A stretch of 64,000 nt of DNA from Polyangiaceae bacterium (GTDB lineage: Bacteria > Myxococcota_A > Polyangia > Polyangiales > Polyangiaceae). The first letter of the stretch is position 1, and each line of letters starts with the position of its first letter. Positions 55,577 to 64,000 of this stretch are shown in pieces. The translations under genes and the position numbers were made by a program. Below the pieces are notes generated by a model, which did not search any database, was not told where the DNA came from, and worked only from the letters and a program-made list of their open reading frames with translations. The stretch spans positions 896,001-960,000 of the forward strand of contig CBDCTZ010000015.1 in NCBI GenBank assembly GCA_965222375.1, given 5' to 3'.

Positions 55577-57787
55577 ATGCAGCTGGACGCCGGCCAAGCG
55601 CTGAATGCGCCTCAGACAGAAGCGGTTCTGCACGAGCGGGGGCCGCTGCTCGTCTTCGCGGGAGCTGGCAGCGGCAAGACGCGAGTCATCACCTACCGAA
55701 TCGCCAACCTGTTGGCCAACCATCGGGTGGCTCCATACCGCATCTTGGCCGTGACTTTCACGAACAAGGCGGCTGGTGAACTCAAGAACCGGCTTCGTGC
55801 ACTGGCCGGAGAGGAGATCACTCGAGACGTGTGGGCGGGCACGTTTCACTCCTTGTGCGCGCGCTTGTTGAGGCGTCATCACGAGGCCGCGGGCTTGAGC
55901 TCCAAGTTCGTAATCTACGACGACACGGATCAACGGGCGGTAATGACCCGACTGTTGAAAGAAATGGGCATAGATGACAAGCGCCTGCCACCCCGCTACG
56001 CACTGAGTCGCATCCACGCCGAAAAGCGTGAAGGGCGTCTTCCAAAGGACGTGGATCTGTCCAGGGGATTCGACGAGATGCTCCTGGAAGTCTATGAAGG
56101 CTACCAGCGTGCGATGCACACCGCAGCAGCGGTCGACTTCGAGGATCTCATCCTCGAAGCCATGCGCCTGGCAGAGAGTGAGGAGCTACCCGAAGGGGAC
56201 GCGATCCGCGAGCGCTTTCAGCACGTCTTGGTCGACGAATTCCAAGACACGAACTTGACCCAGTACCGCCTGGTAAAAGCCCTCAGCAGCAGGACCCGAA
56301 ACCTCTGCGTGGTCGGCGATGACGACCAATCCATCTACCGCTGGCGGGGCGCAGATGTTCGGCTGATTCGGGGTTTTCGCCGGGATTTCCCGGACGCGCA
56401 AGTGGTCAAGCTGGAACAGAACTATCGCTCCACGAGCAACATTGTGGCCGCGGCCCTTGGGCTCATCGCTTCGGCACGCCAGCGGGAGCCGAAGGAGCTG
56501 TGGACTGAGGCCGAGGCCGGTCAGAAGGTCCGGGTTCTCGCGATGAGAGACGAACGGGACGAGGCTCAAAAGGTGACCCGCGTGGTTCGGGAGCAGACTC
56601 AAAGTGGGGTCTCCCCAAACGAGATTGCCGTGTTCTACCGTGTGCACGCTCAGTCACGAGTTCTGGAGGAAGCACTCCGAGCGGCCAACATTCCCTACCA
56701 GATTATTGGGGGGATGAAGTTCTTCGAGCGTGCGGAAGTCAAAGACGTGTTGGCTTACCTGCGCCTGATAGACAACCCGCGCAGCGACGCCGATCTCTTG
56801 CGCGTAATCAACGTGCCGGCCCGCGGCATCGGGCAAAAGACCATCGCTCTGCTGTTGGACATCGCGCAGACTCACACGGTCAGCGTCTATCGCGCGCTGG
56901 AACTCGCGTTGGAGCAAGGAGATCTGCCCAAGAGCGCCACCAAACGACTCCGCGGTTTCTTCGACATGATGGAGGACCTGCAAAAGATGAGCGCGCAGGC
57001 CGGCCCCGACGAACTGGCCGAAGCCGTGCTGGAGTCCACGGGCTACCGGAGCAAGCTGCGCGACGCAGATAACGCCGAGAGTGATGCGCGCCTGGAAAAC
57101 ATCGCCGAGTTGGTGGGCTCGATCTCGGACTATGTGACGGCCGCCGAAGAGAGCGACGAAACACCAAGCCTCAGTGGTTACCTGGAGCGCGTAGCGCTTG
57201 TCACCAGTGTGGACACGCTGGAAGACGTCCCCGCGGTCAACCTGATGACCGTGCACGCGGCCAAGGGACTCGAGTTTCCGGTGGTGTTCATGACGGGCAT
57301 GGAGGAAGAGGTATTTCCCTACCGGGGCATGGATGGCGCGGAGCCCGAGGAGCTGGACGAAGAACGGCGTCTCGCCTATGTGGCCGTCACCCGGGCACGG
57401 CAGTGGCTGTACATCAGCTACGCAGCGGTACGCACACTGTTCGGCCAGACTCGCTACCTCGCTCCGAGCCGCTTCCTCGCGGACCTGCCCGAGGAGGTCG
57501 TTCAGCACGTGGGCACGGGCGCCCTGCTTTCCTTTGGTCGATCTCGAGGCTATCGAAAGCCCGAACCGGCCCCGATGAGGCCCGGAGAGCGGATGGTGGA
57601 CCATAGCGCCTTCGACGACATCCCTGGCGACGAGAACGCATTGCGCCCGGGGGCAAGAGTCCACCACCGTCGATTCGGGTCTGGCGTGGTTGAGGAAGTC
57701 GAAGGCGGAGCCACCCCCACGGTCGTGATTCGCTTTCCGGATGGCGAGACCAAACGGATCCGAGCGGACTTCCTCGAGTTCGGTTGA
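55577..57787 (+). CDS. uvrD: UvrD/PcrA superfamily 1 DNA helicase
   Basis: AGAGSGKT, VDEFQDTN, VGDDDQSIY, LEQNYRST, MTVHAAKGLEF, EERRLAYVAVTRA; C-terminal Tudor-like VHHRRFGSG. Confidence 0.96.
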   Translation: MQLDAGQALNAPQTEAVLHERGPLLVFAGAGSGKTRVITYRIANLLANHRVAPYRILAVTFTNKAAGELKNRLRALAGEEITRDVWAGTFHSLCARLLRRHHEAAGLSSKFVIYDDTDQRAVMTRLLKEMGIDDKRLPPRYALSRIHAEKREGRLPKDVDLSRGFDEMLLEVYEGYQRAMHTAAAVDFEDLILEAMRLAESEELPEGDAIRERFQHVLVDEFQDTNLTQYRLVKALSSRTRNLCVVGDDDQSIYRWRGADVRLIRGFRRDFPDAQVVKLEQNYRSTSNIVAAALGLIASARQREPKELWTEAEAGQKVRVLAMRDERDEAQKVTRVVREQTQSGVSPNEIAVFYRVHAQSRVLEEALRAANIPYQIIGGMKFFERAEVKDVLAYLRLIDNPRSDADLLRVINVPARGIGQKTIALLLDIAQTHTVSVYRALELALEQGDLPKSATKRLRGFFDMMEDLQKMSAQAGPDELAEAVLESTGYRSKLRDADNAESDARLENIAELVGSISDYVTAAEESDETPSLSGYLERVALVTSVDTLEDVPAVNLMTVHAAKGLEFPVVFMTGMEEEVFPYRGMDGAEPEELDEERRLAYVAVTRARQWLYISYAAVRTLFGQTRYLAPSRFLADLPEEVVQHVGTGALLSFGRSRGYRKPEPAPMRPGERMVDHSAFDDIPGDENALRPGARVHHRRFGSGVVEEVEGGATPTVVIRFPDGETKRIRADFLEFG

Positions 57788-57793
57788 CGACAG

Positions 57794-58105
57794 CTACAGA
57801 CTAGCCAGCAGATCTTCAATCTCGCCGAGGGCCTGACCGTCGCCCTTGCTAGACGCCAAAGCCTTGCCCGCCTGCAGCCACTCCCGGGCTGTATCCGGAT
57901 CCTTCAGCTCTTCGGAAGCGAGTTGCCCGACCATCAAATACATAGCCAGATAGTCCGGGTCGGCCTCCCGCAACGCCTGAAACGCGTTCAAGGCGTCCGC
58001 TGAGCGACCTTCCTTGCGGTATTCCATGGCCAGCGCGTAGCGGGCGAAGGAGTCCGCCTTTCCGCTTTCGACGAGTTGTTCGAGGTATGAAAGTCGCTTG
58101 TTCAT
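57794..58105 (-). CDS. Small TPR protein
   Basis: DSFARYALAMEY...DPDYLAMYLMVG; ATG 5 bp after the patatin stop. Confidence 0.85.
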   Translation of the reverse strand: MNKRLSYLEQLVESGKADSFARYALAMEYRKEGRSADALNAFQALREADPDYLAMYLMVGQLASEELKDPDTAREWLQAGKALASSKGDGQALGEIEDLLASL

Positions 58106-58110
58106 GGGCC

Positions 58111-59373
58111 TCAACCGACTGCGGGCGGGGGCAGAGTCCACTCGGAGTCACCCCGTGAGGAGTCAGGGAGACCACCGTCGGACTCTTCCACTTCGCCCAG
58201 GAAGTTCTTTATCTCGTTGCGACGCGCCCGTGCATCCGAGCGCCCCAACTCCACGAGGTGTTGCGAGAACCCCCCGTCGAAGAGCAAGTAGCTCGCCAGA
58301 TCGGCGTCGTTGGCAACTCCAACATCGAGGAGCTTCAGCAGCCGCTTGGTAAAGACCGGTCCGGCCCGCAGCTTGCCGCTCCGCAGGTGCTCCGCCGCCA
58401 GCTGCCCGATTCCCTCGGTAGGGCGAATCACCAGGGTTTCGATGGGGCGGAATTGGTGCCCACCGCGCATGGCCGCTGCCTCGTTCAACCGCGGTACGAA
58501 GTCCTCGCCAAATCCCGAATGGCCACTCAGCAGGATGTCGTTCAGCAGGTTCACGAAGCCGAGATCGCTATCTAGGTGGTCGAGCAGCAGGGCGTTCATG
58601 ATCTTGCCGAGCAGGAACGTCGCGCTCGGCGCCTCGACGGTCTTGGGATGGGCCACACCACGCACCAAGCGCGAGGTGCCGACCACGAGAACGTGAGTTG
58701 CGCCCAGGCGGATCGCCGGTGCAATCGGGGTGTTCTGGCGTACCCCTCCGTCCACGTAGAGTTGGTTGCCCAGCTTGACCGGTGGAAACAGCATGGGAAT
58801 GGCGGCAGAAGCCAACGCATGCTGCGGCCCAATCCGATCGGCTCGGATCAAGGTGCGCGGCGGTGCTCGAGTGGGTAGCGCGGTAGTGGGACCGGTCTGC
58901 ATGAAGATGACTGTGCGGCCTGTCGCAACTTCCGTAGCACTGACACTTAGCGCCTTCAGGTGCCCCTGCCGCATGGTGCGCGTAATCGCGCGCCAAGGGA
59001 TTTCTCGCTGTACCAGGGATGACATTGGGGACACATCGAAGATCCCGGCGCCGTCACCGCCTCCCAGCATCACCTTCGGTAGCGACATGGCCTGGCGCCA
59101 GCCGAAGCCGAGCACGTCGTCCAGCTTCATCCCGCCCCACACATCCACCAAACGTCGGATCCCGAGAACTGGATCCACCAAGTGAGCTGCCAAGTACGAG
59201 CTGTTGATCGCCCCAACGCTAGTTCCGCACAGAATGTCGACCTTGGGCGGCGCGCCACGCGTACGAGTCAGTTCGTCAAACAGATAGGAAAGGACACCGA
59301 CCTCATAGGCACCCCGCGCGCCACCGCCCGACAAGATGATAGCTAGGGACCGACGGCGTGCTTCCTTTTTCAC
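58111..59373 (-). CDS. Patatin-like phospholipase
   Basis: GGGARGAY, GTSVG nucleophile elbow, ASAAIP, DGG. Confidence 0.95.
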   Translation of the reverse strand: MKKEARRRSLAIILSGGGARGAYEVGVLSYLFDELTRTRGAPPKVDILCGTSVGAINSSYLAAHLVDPVLGIRRLVDVWGGMKLDDVLGFGWRQAMSLPKVMLGGGDGAGIFDVSPMSSLVQREIPWRAITRTMRQGHLKALSVSATEVATGRTVIFMQTGPTTALPTRAPPRTLIRADRIGPQHALASAAIPMLFPPVKLGNQLYVDGGVRQNTPIAPAIRLGATHVLVVGTSRLVRGVAHPKTVEAPSATFLLGKIMNALLLDHLDSDLGFVNLLNDILLSGHSGFGEDFVPRLNEAAAMRGGHQFRPIETLVIRPTEGIGQLAAEHLRSGKLRAGPVFTKRLLKLLDVGVANDADLASYLLFDGGFSQHLVELGRSDARARRNEIKNFLGEVEESDGGLPDSSRGDSEWTLPPPAVG

Positions 59374-62300
59374 GAAGGCGAAACGCTACCTTTGTCCGCC
59401 GCGGGCTGCACGCTTTCTCTCGCAATTCCCGAGGCAGGTGCGACGCTGACAGCAGCCAGCTCTTCTTCGGTGATGTCTCCAACCAGCGTACGCACCACAC
59501 CTCGCACCGCGTATTTCTGGCGTAGGTCCGGGTCACGAATGAACGTCAGCAGGCTCTTCGCGTAGCTGGCGGAACGCTCGCGCATCTCCTCGGCCTGGGG
59601 GGACCCAGCGGTTTGCAGTGCGCTGAAGCAAAGTGCACGAGTCTCCAAGCCATACTCGGACCCCTGCACGGTCTCGATGGCGCCCATGGCAGTCGTCGCG
59701 AGTAGGATCCCGGTATGGGATTCGCCGATATCGACTCGCGCCGCAGCTTCTACCGCCATCGCATAGAAGTGGAACGCCACATAGGCCTGGGCCTCCGCGG
59801 CTTGCCTAGCATCGAAGGCATGCATCACCGCGGTGCTGGAATCGCCACTCTGGCGCGCCAGGAGCGCGCGCAAGATCTTCTCGTGCACGGAATCGTAGGC
59901 ACTGCCTGTTACCGCGGTCAGCGCTCCAGCGTCTCCCACGAGAGTATCGGCGGTCGCTACGTTGCCGGTTTCCAAGAGCACCTCTGCCGTGCACAACAGC
60001 GTATCCGCGCGCGCATCCTGGTCTCCGTAGCGTTCGTGTGCCTCCCGAGCGCGCGTCAGATACGCCAGGCCACGCTCCATGTCGCCCATCCTCGCGTAGC
60101 ACTGACCGATGTTCGAAAGGGTTTTGGCGATCTGGAACCGCCCGCCGATCGCCAGATCGATTCGGATCGCATCGAGAGCTAGAGCGATGGCGTCCTCGAA
60201 GCGGCCCAAGACGAATAGCGCAAAGGCGAGGGAGTTCTTGGCTCGCGCTTCCATGCGTCGTGCACCAACTTGGCGGAATACCGCAATCGCCTCGGCGTGG
60301 GCGTCTACGGCCTCGTGCACGCGACCGACGCGGCGCAGCAGCGTCCCACGCGTGCGTAAGACGTCCGCGCGAACCCGCGTGGGCACCTCCGGCGCGCCGC
60401 TGGCCTCCAAGGCGCGGTCGCAGGCAGCCAGAGCGCCCTGCATGTCGCCGAGATCTCTGAGCATTTCAGCGGTGAGCACGTCCGCCTGCACCTCCAGGTG
60501 CGCCGACTTCGCTTGACGGGCCACTTGCTCGGCGCGTTGGGCAGAGGTGAGGCCCCGCGCCAGGTGACCCTCGTCCAACTCCAAACGTGCAGTGTGCAGC
60601 AGCGCGATGGCAACCCATTCTGGGTTACCGGATTGCCGCGCGAGGCGGCGCAGCGCAACCAGGTGTCGACGGCGTTCGCGCCAACGCCCCTGGACGCGGC
60701 ACATGTTTTCCAGGGCGTCGTGGGCATCGAAAAGCCGTAGGTCTCCCGCATCCAGAAGCGCAATCGCGCGCCGATAGTATCGCGTAGAGAGCTTCGTTTG
60801 ATAGCTGGAACGGGCTGCACCTGCTGCGACGATGTAGAGCTCCGCTGCTTGCGAGCGCACATCTCCCCGCGCGAGATGACGAGCGACGATGGCAGCGGTC
60901 AAACCCCGGGCCAGAGGTGTAGTTGCGAGCCGTTCGCCGAGCTGACGATGCATCTGAGAGCGACGCCTCTTCTCGAGGGCGCGATAAGCGACGTCTCGAG
61001 CGAGAGGATGGCGCACGTCCACAGAGTCGTCGCGCATGTCACACAGGCCGCGGGCGCAGAGGCGGACGACTGAGTCCTCGGTGCCGTGACCACACAGCGC
61101 ATCCAGGTCGCTGTCGGAGAGTGGCCCACCCGCCACCGCCAACCACTCGATGACCGCTTGTTCCTCGGGTGGCAGCTCTGCCAAGCGGTCCGCAATCAAT
61201 TGCTCCAGCGTCGAGGGCAGCGCGTCCGCTACCTCCCCACCGGGGCGCTCGACGCGCACCAGTGCTTGACTGCCATCCTCCAGTTCCTGAAGTTCCAGGG
61301 CGCCACGCTCCAACAGCGCGTCCAGCATTTCGAGAAGGAAGAAGGGGTTGCCCGCGGCGCGAGGGATCAAGTCCGAGCAAACCTGCGCCACGCCAATGGT
61401 CGCCCCGATGTGTGCCGACGCCAGCTCCAACTGGTGCTCCGGAGACAGCCCCTTGAGCTCAATGTGCACCATGCCGTCGATGAACTGGGTAACGCGATCG
61501 TCGGGCCGGGTCACTAGCAGCGCAAGCACTGGCATGGGATCTTCACGGCGCACCAACTCGGAAACGAGTTCCAAACTCGCGCGGTCGCTCCACTGCAGGC
61601 CCTCGATCACGATGACCAGCGGTGCGTCCATGGCCACCTTCGCGAAGAACCTCCGCATTCCGGAGATGACGAGCTTGCGGTGTCGCGCCGCGTCTCCTTC
61701 ATCCGCCGCGTGCGCGACTCGCCCGGTCGCCACCTCTGCGAGGCGAACGACAATCTCCTCTCCACTCTCGCCGTGGGCAAAGTCTCCGAGCACGTCCACG
61801 ATCGTGTTACGTGCCTCTTGAACGCTGTCGTCCGCTCGGACCCCCGTCAGCTCGCGCACCCATTCCGCCACGTTGGCGAAGGGCAGCTCGCTGCGTGATG
61901 GCGAGCACTCCACCCGAAGCACGCGAGCTTCTTCAGGCAGCTCAGCCAGAAACGTCTGCACCAGCGCGCTCTTGCCGATGCCCATTTCTCCGTAGACCAC
62001 TCGCGAAGTGACGTGGCCAAGCCCGCCAACGGCCGGGCTCGAAACCGAGTGGTGATAGGCCGCCTGCAGGTCCGCCAGTTCGGCATCCCTGCCAACCAAC
62101 TCCCGACCCACCTCCGCGGCCACGTCTTTGCGTTCTTCTCGCGTCAGCGGGCGCATCAACGAGTAGATCCGCATGTTTTCCGGCAGACTTCGGGTGACGG
62201 CGTCGTCGATAGCAATGGCGGGAGCGTCGTCCCAAAGGAAGTCACGCCGAACGAGGCGATACAGGCCGCCCGCAACCCAAGTGACCGCCGCGGGCGCACG

Positions 62301-63851
62301 CTCCCCGAGCAGCGTCGCCAAGTAGTCTGCAGGCTGCTGCAACTCGTGATCGATCAGATGCCCAGCTTTGTCTCGTCGACCCGTGGCAATGCCGCGCACG
62401 ATGCCGACGCTGGCTTGCAGCGTGACCGGCAGGTCGTCACACGCTCCGTGAATCGCTTCGTGCACGTCCACCGCGAGCCACGCTGCATCCGCTGCAGCTC
62501 GCGCCGGGTTCTCCATGAGTCCAACGACAGCGCGTGCCGTCGTCGGTAGTTCGCTCTTGGCACCGACCTCGGATTGCTGCGCGGCCCAGGAAAGCCTGGC
62601 TCCTCGCTTGTATGCAATTTGGTCGAGCATGCCGGCCAGCTGCTCAACGTGGTGCTTCGCAGCCATATCACCCAAGCTTCGAGCCAGCGCTTCGACACCA
62701 TGCAGGCGAAGAGTGACAACGGCCACATGACGCACCTCTCGACCGGCGCGGTCTCGTAGCTTCTGCTCCATGGGCCGCCCCGGCCCGGTAGGTTCGTCGG
62801 AAACCTGGGAGCCAATCTGGGGCACCTCCGAGCCCGCGACGGACCCGCTGTCATCGCCGAATTGACTGCCGGCAACACTTTCCCCCATCTCGTCCACACC
62901 GGGCGAGGTGTGCTCACGGCTGACGAGCTGGCTCAGCACGCCTTCGACGACATGGGAATCTATGAGTTGTTGCTTTGAAAAAAGCGCGCGCGTGAGGGCT
63001 CCGGCGAACTCCCGCGCGGTCGCGAAGCGCTCGTCTGGCAATTTCGCCAAGGCTTGCATCACGATCACTTCGAGCTCCGGCGGGATTTCACGCGCGAAGG
63101 TGCTCGGCGGTTCCACCGCACCAGCGCGTACTGCCTCCAAGAGCTCGTTGCCATCCGCGGCGCCGTGCAACGGGCGGCCCGTCAGGAGTTCGTGAAAGAC
63201 AACGCCCAGAGAATAGAGGTCGGAACGGCGGTCGACCTTTTCGCCGCGCGCTTGCTCGGGTGACATGTAGGCAGTCTTGCCTTTGAGCACCCCCGGCTCT
63301 TCCCGAAACAGATTCGCAGAAGCGATTCCGAAGTCGGCGATCTTGACCGCACCTTCGAAAGAGAGCAGAACGTTCTGCGGGCTGACGTCACGATGCACAA
63401 TGTCGAGAGGTTCGCCTCCCTCATTTCGTCTTTCGTGGGCATAGTGCAACCCTTTGGCAACTTCCGCCACGACGTAGGCGGCAATCCACGGTGGAACCCG
63501 AGTCCGAGCATGGGCGGCTGCGCGCATGACCTTGCGAAGGTCTGGCCCCTCGACGTACTCCATGCTGAGCAGCTGCCCCTCGTCGCCATAGTCCTGGAAG
63601 TCGTAGACCTGGACGATGTTGGGGTGATTGAGCCGGGTTGCCAGCTGCGCCTCCTCTCCAAACATGGAGCGGAAGCGTCGAGACGAACCATAGGCGGGCA
63701 GAATCCGCTTGACGACGAGGAGCTTGTAGGTGCCCTCGGCTCCGCGCTTCTTCGCCAAGAAGACTTCCGCCATACCTCCGGCGCCCAAGCGCCGAATGAT
63801 TTCGAAGTCGGCGAGGCGCTCCGGTGTCTGGACAGCGGGCTCTTCGGGCAT
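59370..63851 (-). CDS. Ser/Thr kinase + degenerate class III cyclase-like + STAND (AAA_16) NTPase + TPR protein
   Basis: GAGGMAEV, HRDVSPQN, DFG, YMSPE; LVGRDAEL, GEMGIGKS, IVIEGLQWSD, AGNPFF; long TPR array. Confidence 0.92.
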   Translation of the reverse strand: MPEEPAVQTPERLADFEIIRRLGAGGMAEVFLAKKRGAEGTYKLLVVKRILPAYGSSRRFRSMFGEEAQLATRLNHPNIVQVYDFQDYGDEGQLLSMEYVEGPDLRKVMRAAAHARTRVPPWIAAYVVAEVAKGLHYAHERRNEGGEPLDIVHRDVSPQNVLLSFEGAVKIADFGIASANLFREEPGVLKGKTAYMSPEQARGEKVDRRSDLYSLGVVFHELLTGRPLHGAADGNELLEAVRAGAVEPPSTFAREIPPELEVIVMQALAKLPDERFATAREFAGALTRALFSKQQLIDSHVVEGVLSQLVSREHTSPGVDEMGESVAGSQFGDDSGSVAGSEVPQIGSQVSDEPTGPGRPMEQKLRDRAGREVRHVAVVTLRLHGVEALARSLGDMAAKHHVEQLAGMLDQIAYKRGARLSWAAQQSEVGAKSELPTTARAVVGLMENPARAAADAAWLAVDVHEAIHGACDDLPVTLQASVGIVRGIATGRRDKAGHLIDHELQQPADYLATLLGERAPAAVTWVAGGLYRLVRRDFLWDDAPAIAIDDAVTRSLPENMRIYSLMRPLTREERKDVAAEVGRELVGRDAELADLQAAYHHSVSSPAVGGLGHVTSRVVYGEMGIGKSALVQTFLAELPEEARVLRVECSPSRSELPFANVAEWVRELTGVRADDSVQEARNTIVDVLGDFAHGESGEEIVVRLAEVATGRVAHAADEGDAARHRKLVISGMRRFFAKVAMDAPLVIVIEGLQWSDRASLELVSELVRREDPMPVLALLVTRPDDRVTQFIDGMVHIELKGLSPEHQLELASAHIGATIGVAQVCSDLIPRAAGNPFFLLEMLDALLERGALELQELEDGSQALVRVERPGGEVADALPSTLEQLIADRLAELPPEEQAVIEWLAVAGGPLSDSDLDALCGHGTEDSVVRLCARGLCDMRDDSVDVRHPLARDVAYRALEKRRRSQMHRQLGERLATTPLARGLTAAIVARHLARGDVRSQAAELYIVAAGAARSSYQTKLSTRYYRRAIALLDAGDLRLFDAHDALENMCRVQGRWRERRRHLVALRRLARQSGNPEWVAIALLHTARLELDEGHLARGLTSAQRAEQVARQAKSAHLEVQADVLTAEMLRDLGDMQGALAACDRALEASGAPEVPTRVRADVLRTRGTLLRRVGRVHEAVDAHAEAIAVFRQVGARRMEARAKNSLAFALFVLGRFEDAIALALDAIRIDLAIGGRFQIAKTLSNIGQCYARMGDMERGLAYLTRAREAHERYGDQDARADTLLCTAEVLLETGNVATADTLVGDAGALTAVTGSAYDSVHEKILRALLARQSGDSSTAVMHAFDARQAAEAQAYVAFHFYAMAVEAAARVDIGESHTGILLATTAMGAIETVQGSEYGLETRALCFSALQTAGSPQAEEMRERSASYAKSLLTFIRDPDLRQKYAVRGVVRTLVGDITEEELAAVSVAPASGIARESVQPAADKGSVSPS

Positions 63852-64000
63852 CGACGGGTCGCGATCCTAGCCCCATTCTGGTCCGACTCCCGCCCAAGCG
63901 GCAAATACCGCAATTTTGCGACATTCTGGCGCTTGTGGCCCAGCATCGCCCCCGGCGAGGAGGGGGCTCGTGCACGCAGCCCTGGGCCAGGTAGACTCGC

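Noticed and set aside
46214..63851. Active adenylate/guanylate cyclases feeding the patatin, as in CBASS
   Set aside because: Both cyclase-like segments lack the metal-binding Asp motif, and no CD-NTase gene is present.
1..64000. Hundreds of long overlapping or antisense ORFs (e.g. 5279..6793, 29997..31151, 35403..36674, 56654..57667)
   Set aside because: Shadow frames of high-GC genes: Arg/Pro/Ala-rich, no motifs, and overlapping well-supported genes.

Overview
GC-rich chromosomal window with a typical myxobacterial (Polyangiaceae/Sorangium-like) gene content. The taxon is inferred from PEGA protein + Hanks kinase pairs, Gly/Cys-rich lipoproteins and a MYXO-CTERM sorting signal. The left half (1-33 kb) is accessory. 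It holds many modular Gly-linker/Cys-rich lipoproteins: one has a C-terminal Hint domain, four are paralogues, and one has eight Cys repeats. It also carries a Tat-exported cytokinin-dehydrogenase-like flavoprotein, an ABC-ATPase + TOPRIM-like (DUF4276) candidate defence pair, a TetR with a likely operator, mutM, rpiA, treT, several apparently truncated or frameshifted genes, and a dispersed ~45-bp intergenic motif in three copies. The right half (33-64 kb) is more core-like: PP2C phosphatase, ECF sigma, tRNA-Gln, ccmE-hemE-hemY, a solitary dnaA with DnaA boxes, grpE-dnaK, kinase-uvrD, and two large paralogous kinase/cyclase-like/STAND-NTPase/TPR genes. One of those two is a pseudokinase; the other is translationally coupled to a patatin phospholipase. 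Best leads: the Hint lipoprotein, the STAND-kinase/patatin operon and its pseudokinase paralogue, the dispersed motif, and the ABC-ATPase/TOPRIM pair. All family calls come from motif recognition by eye; no searches were run.
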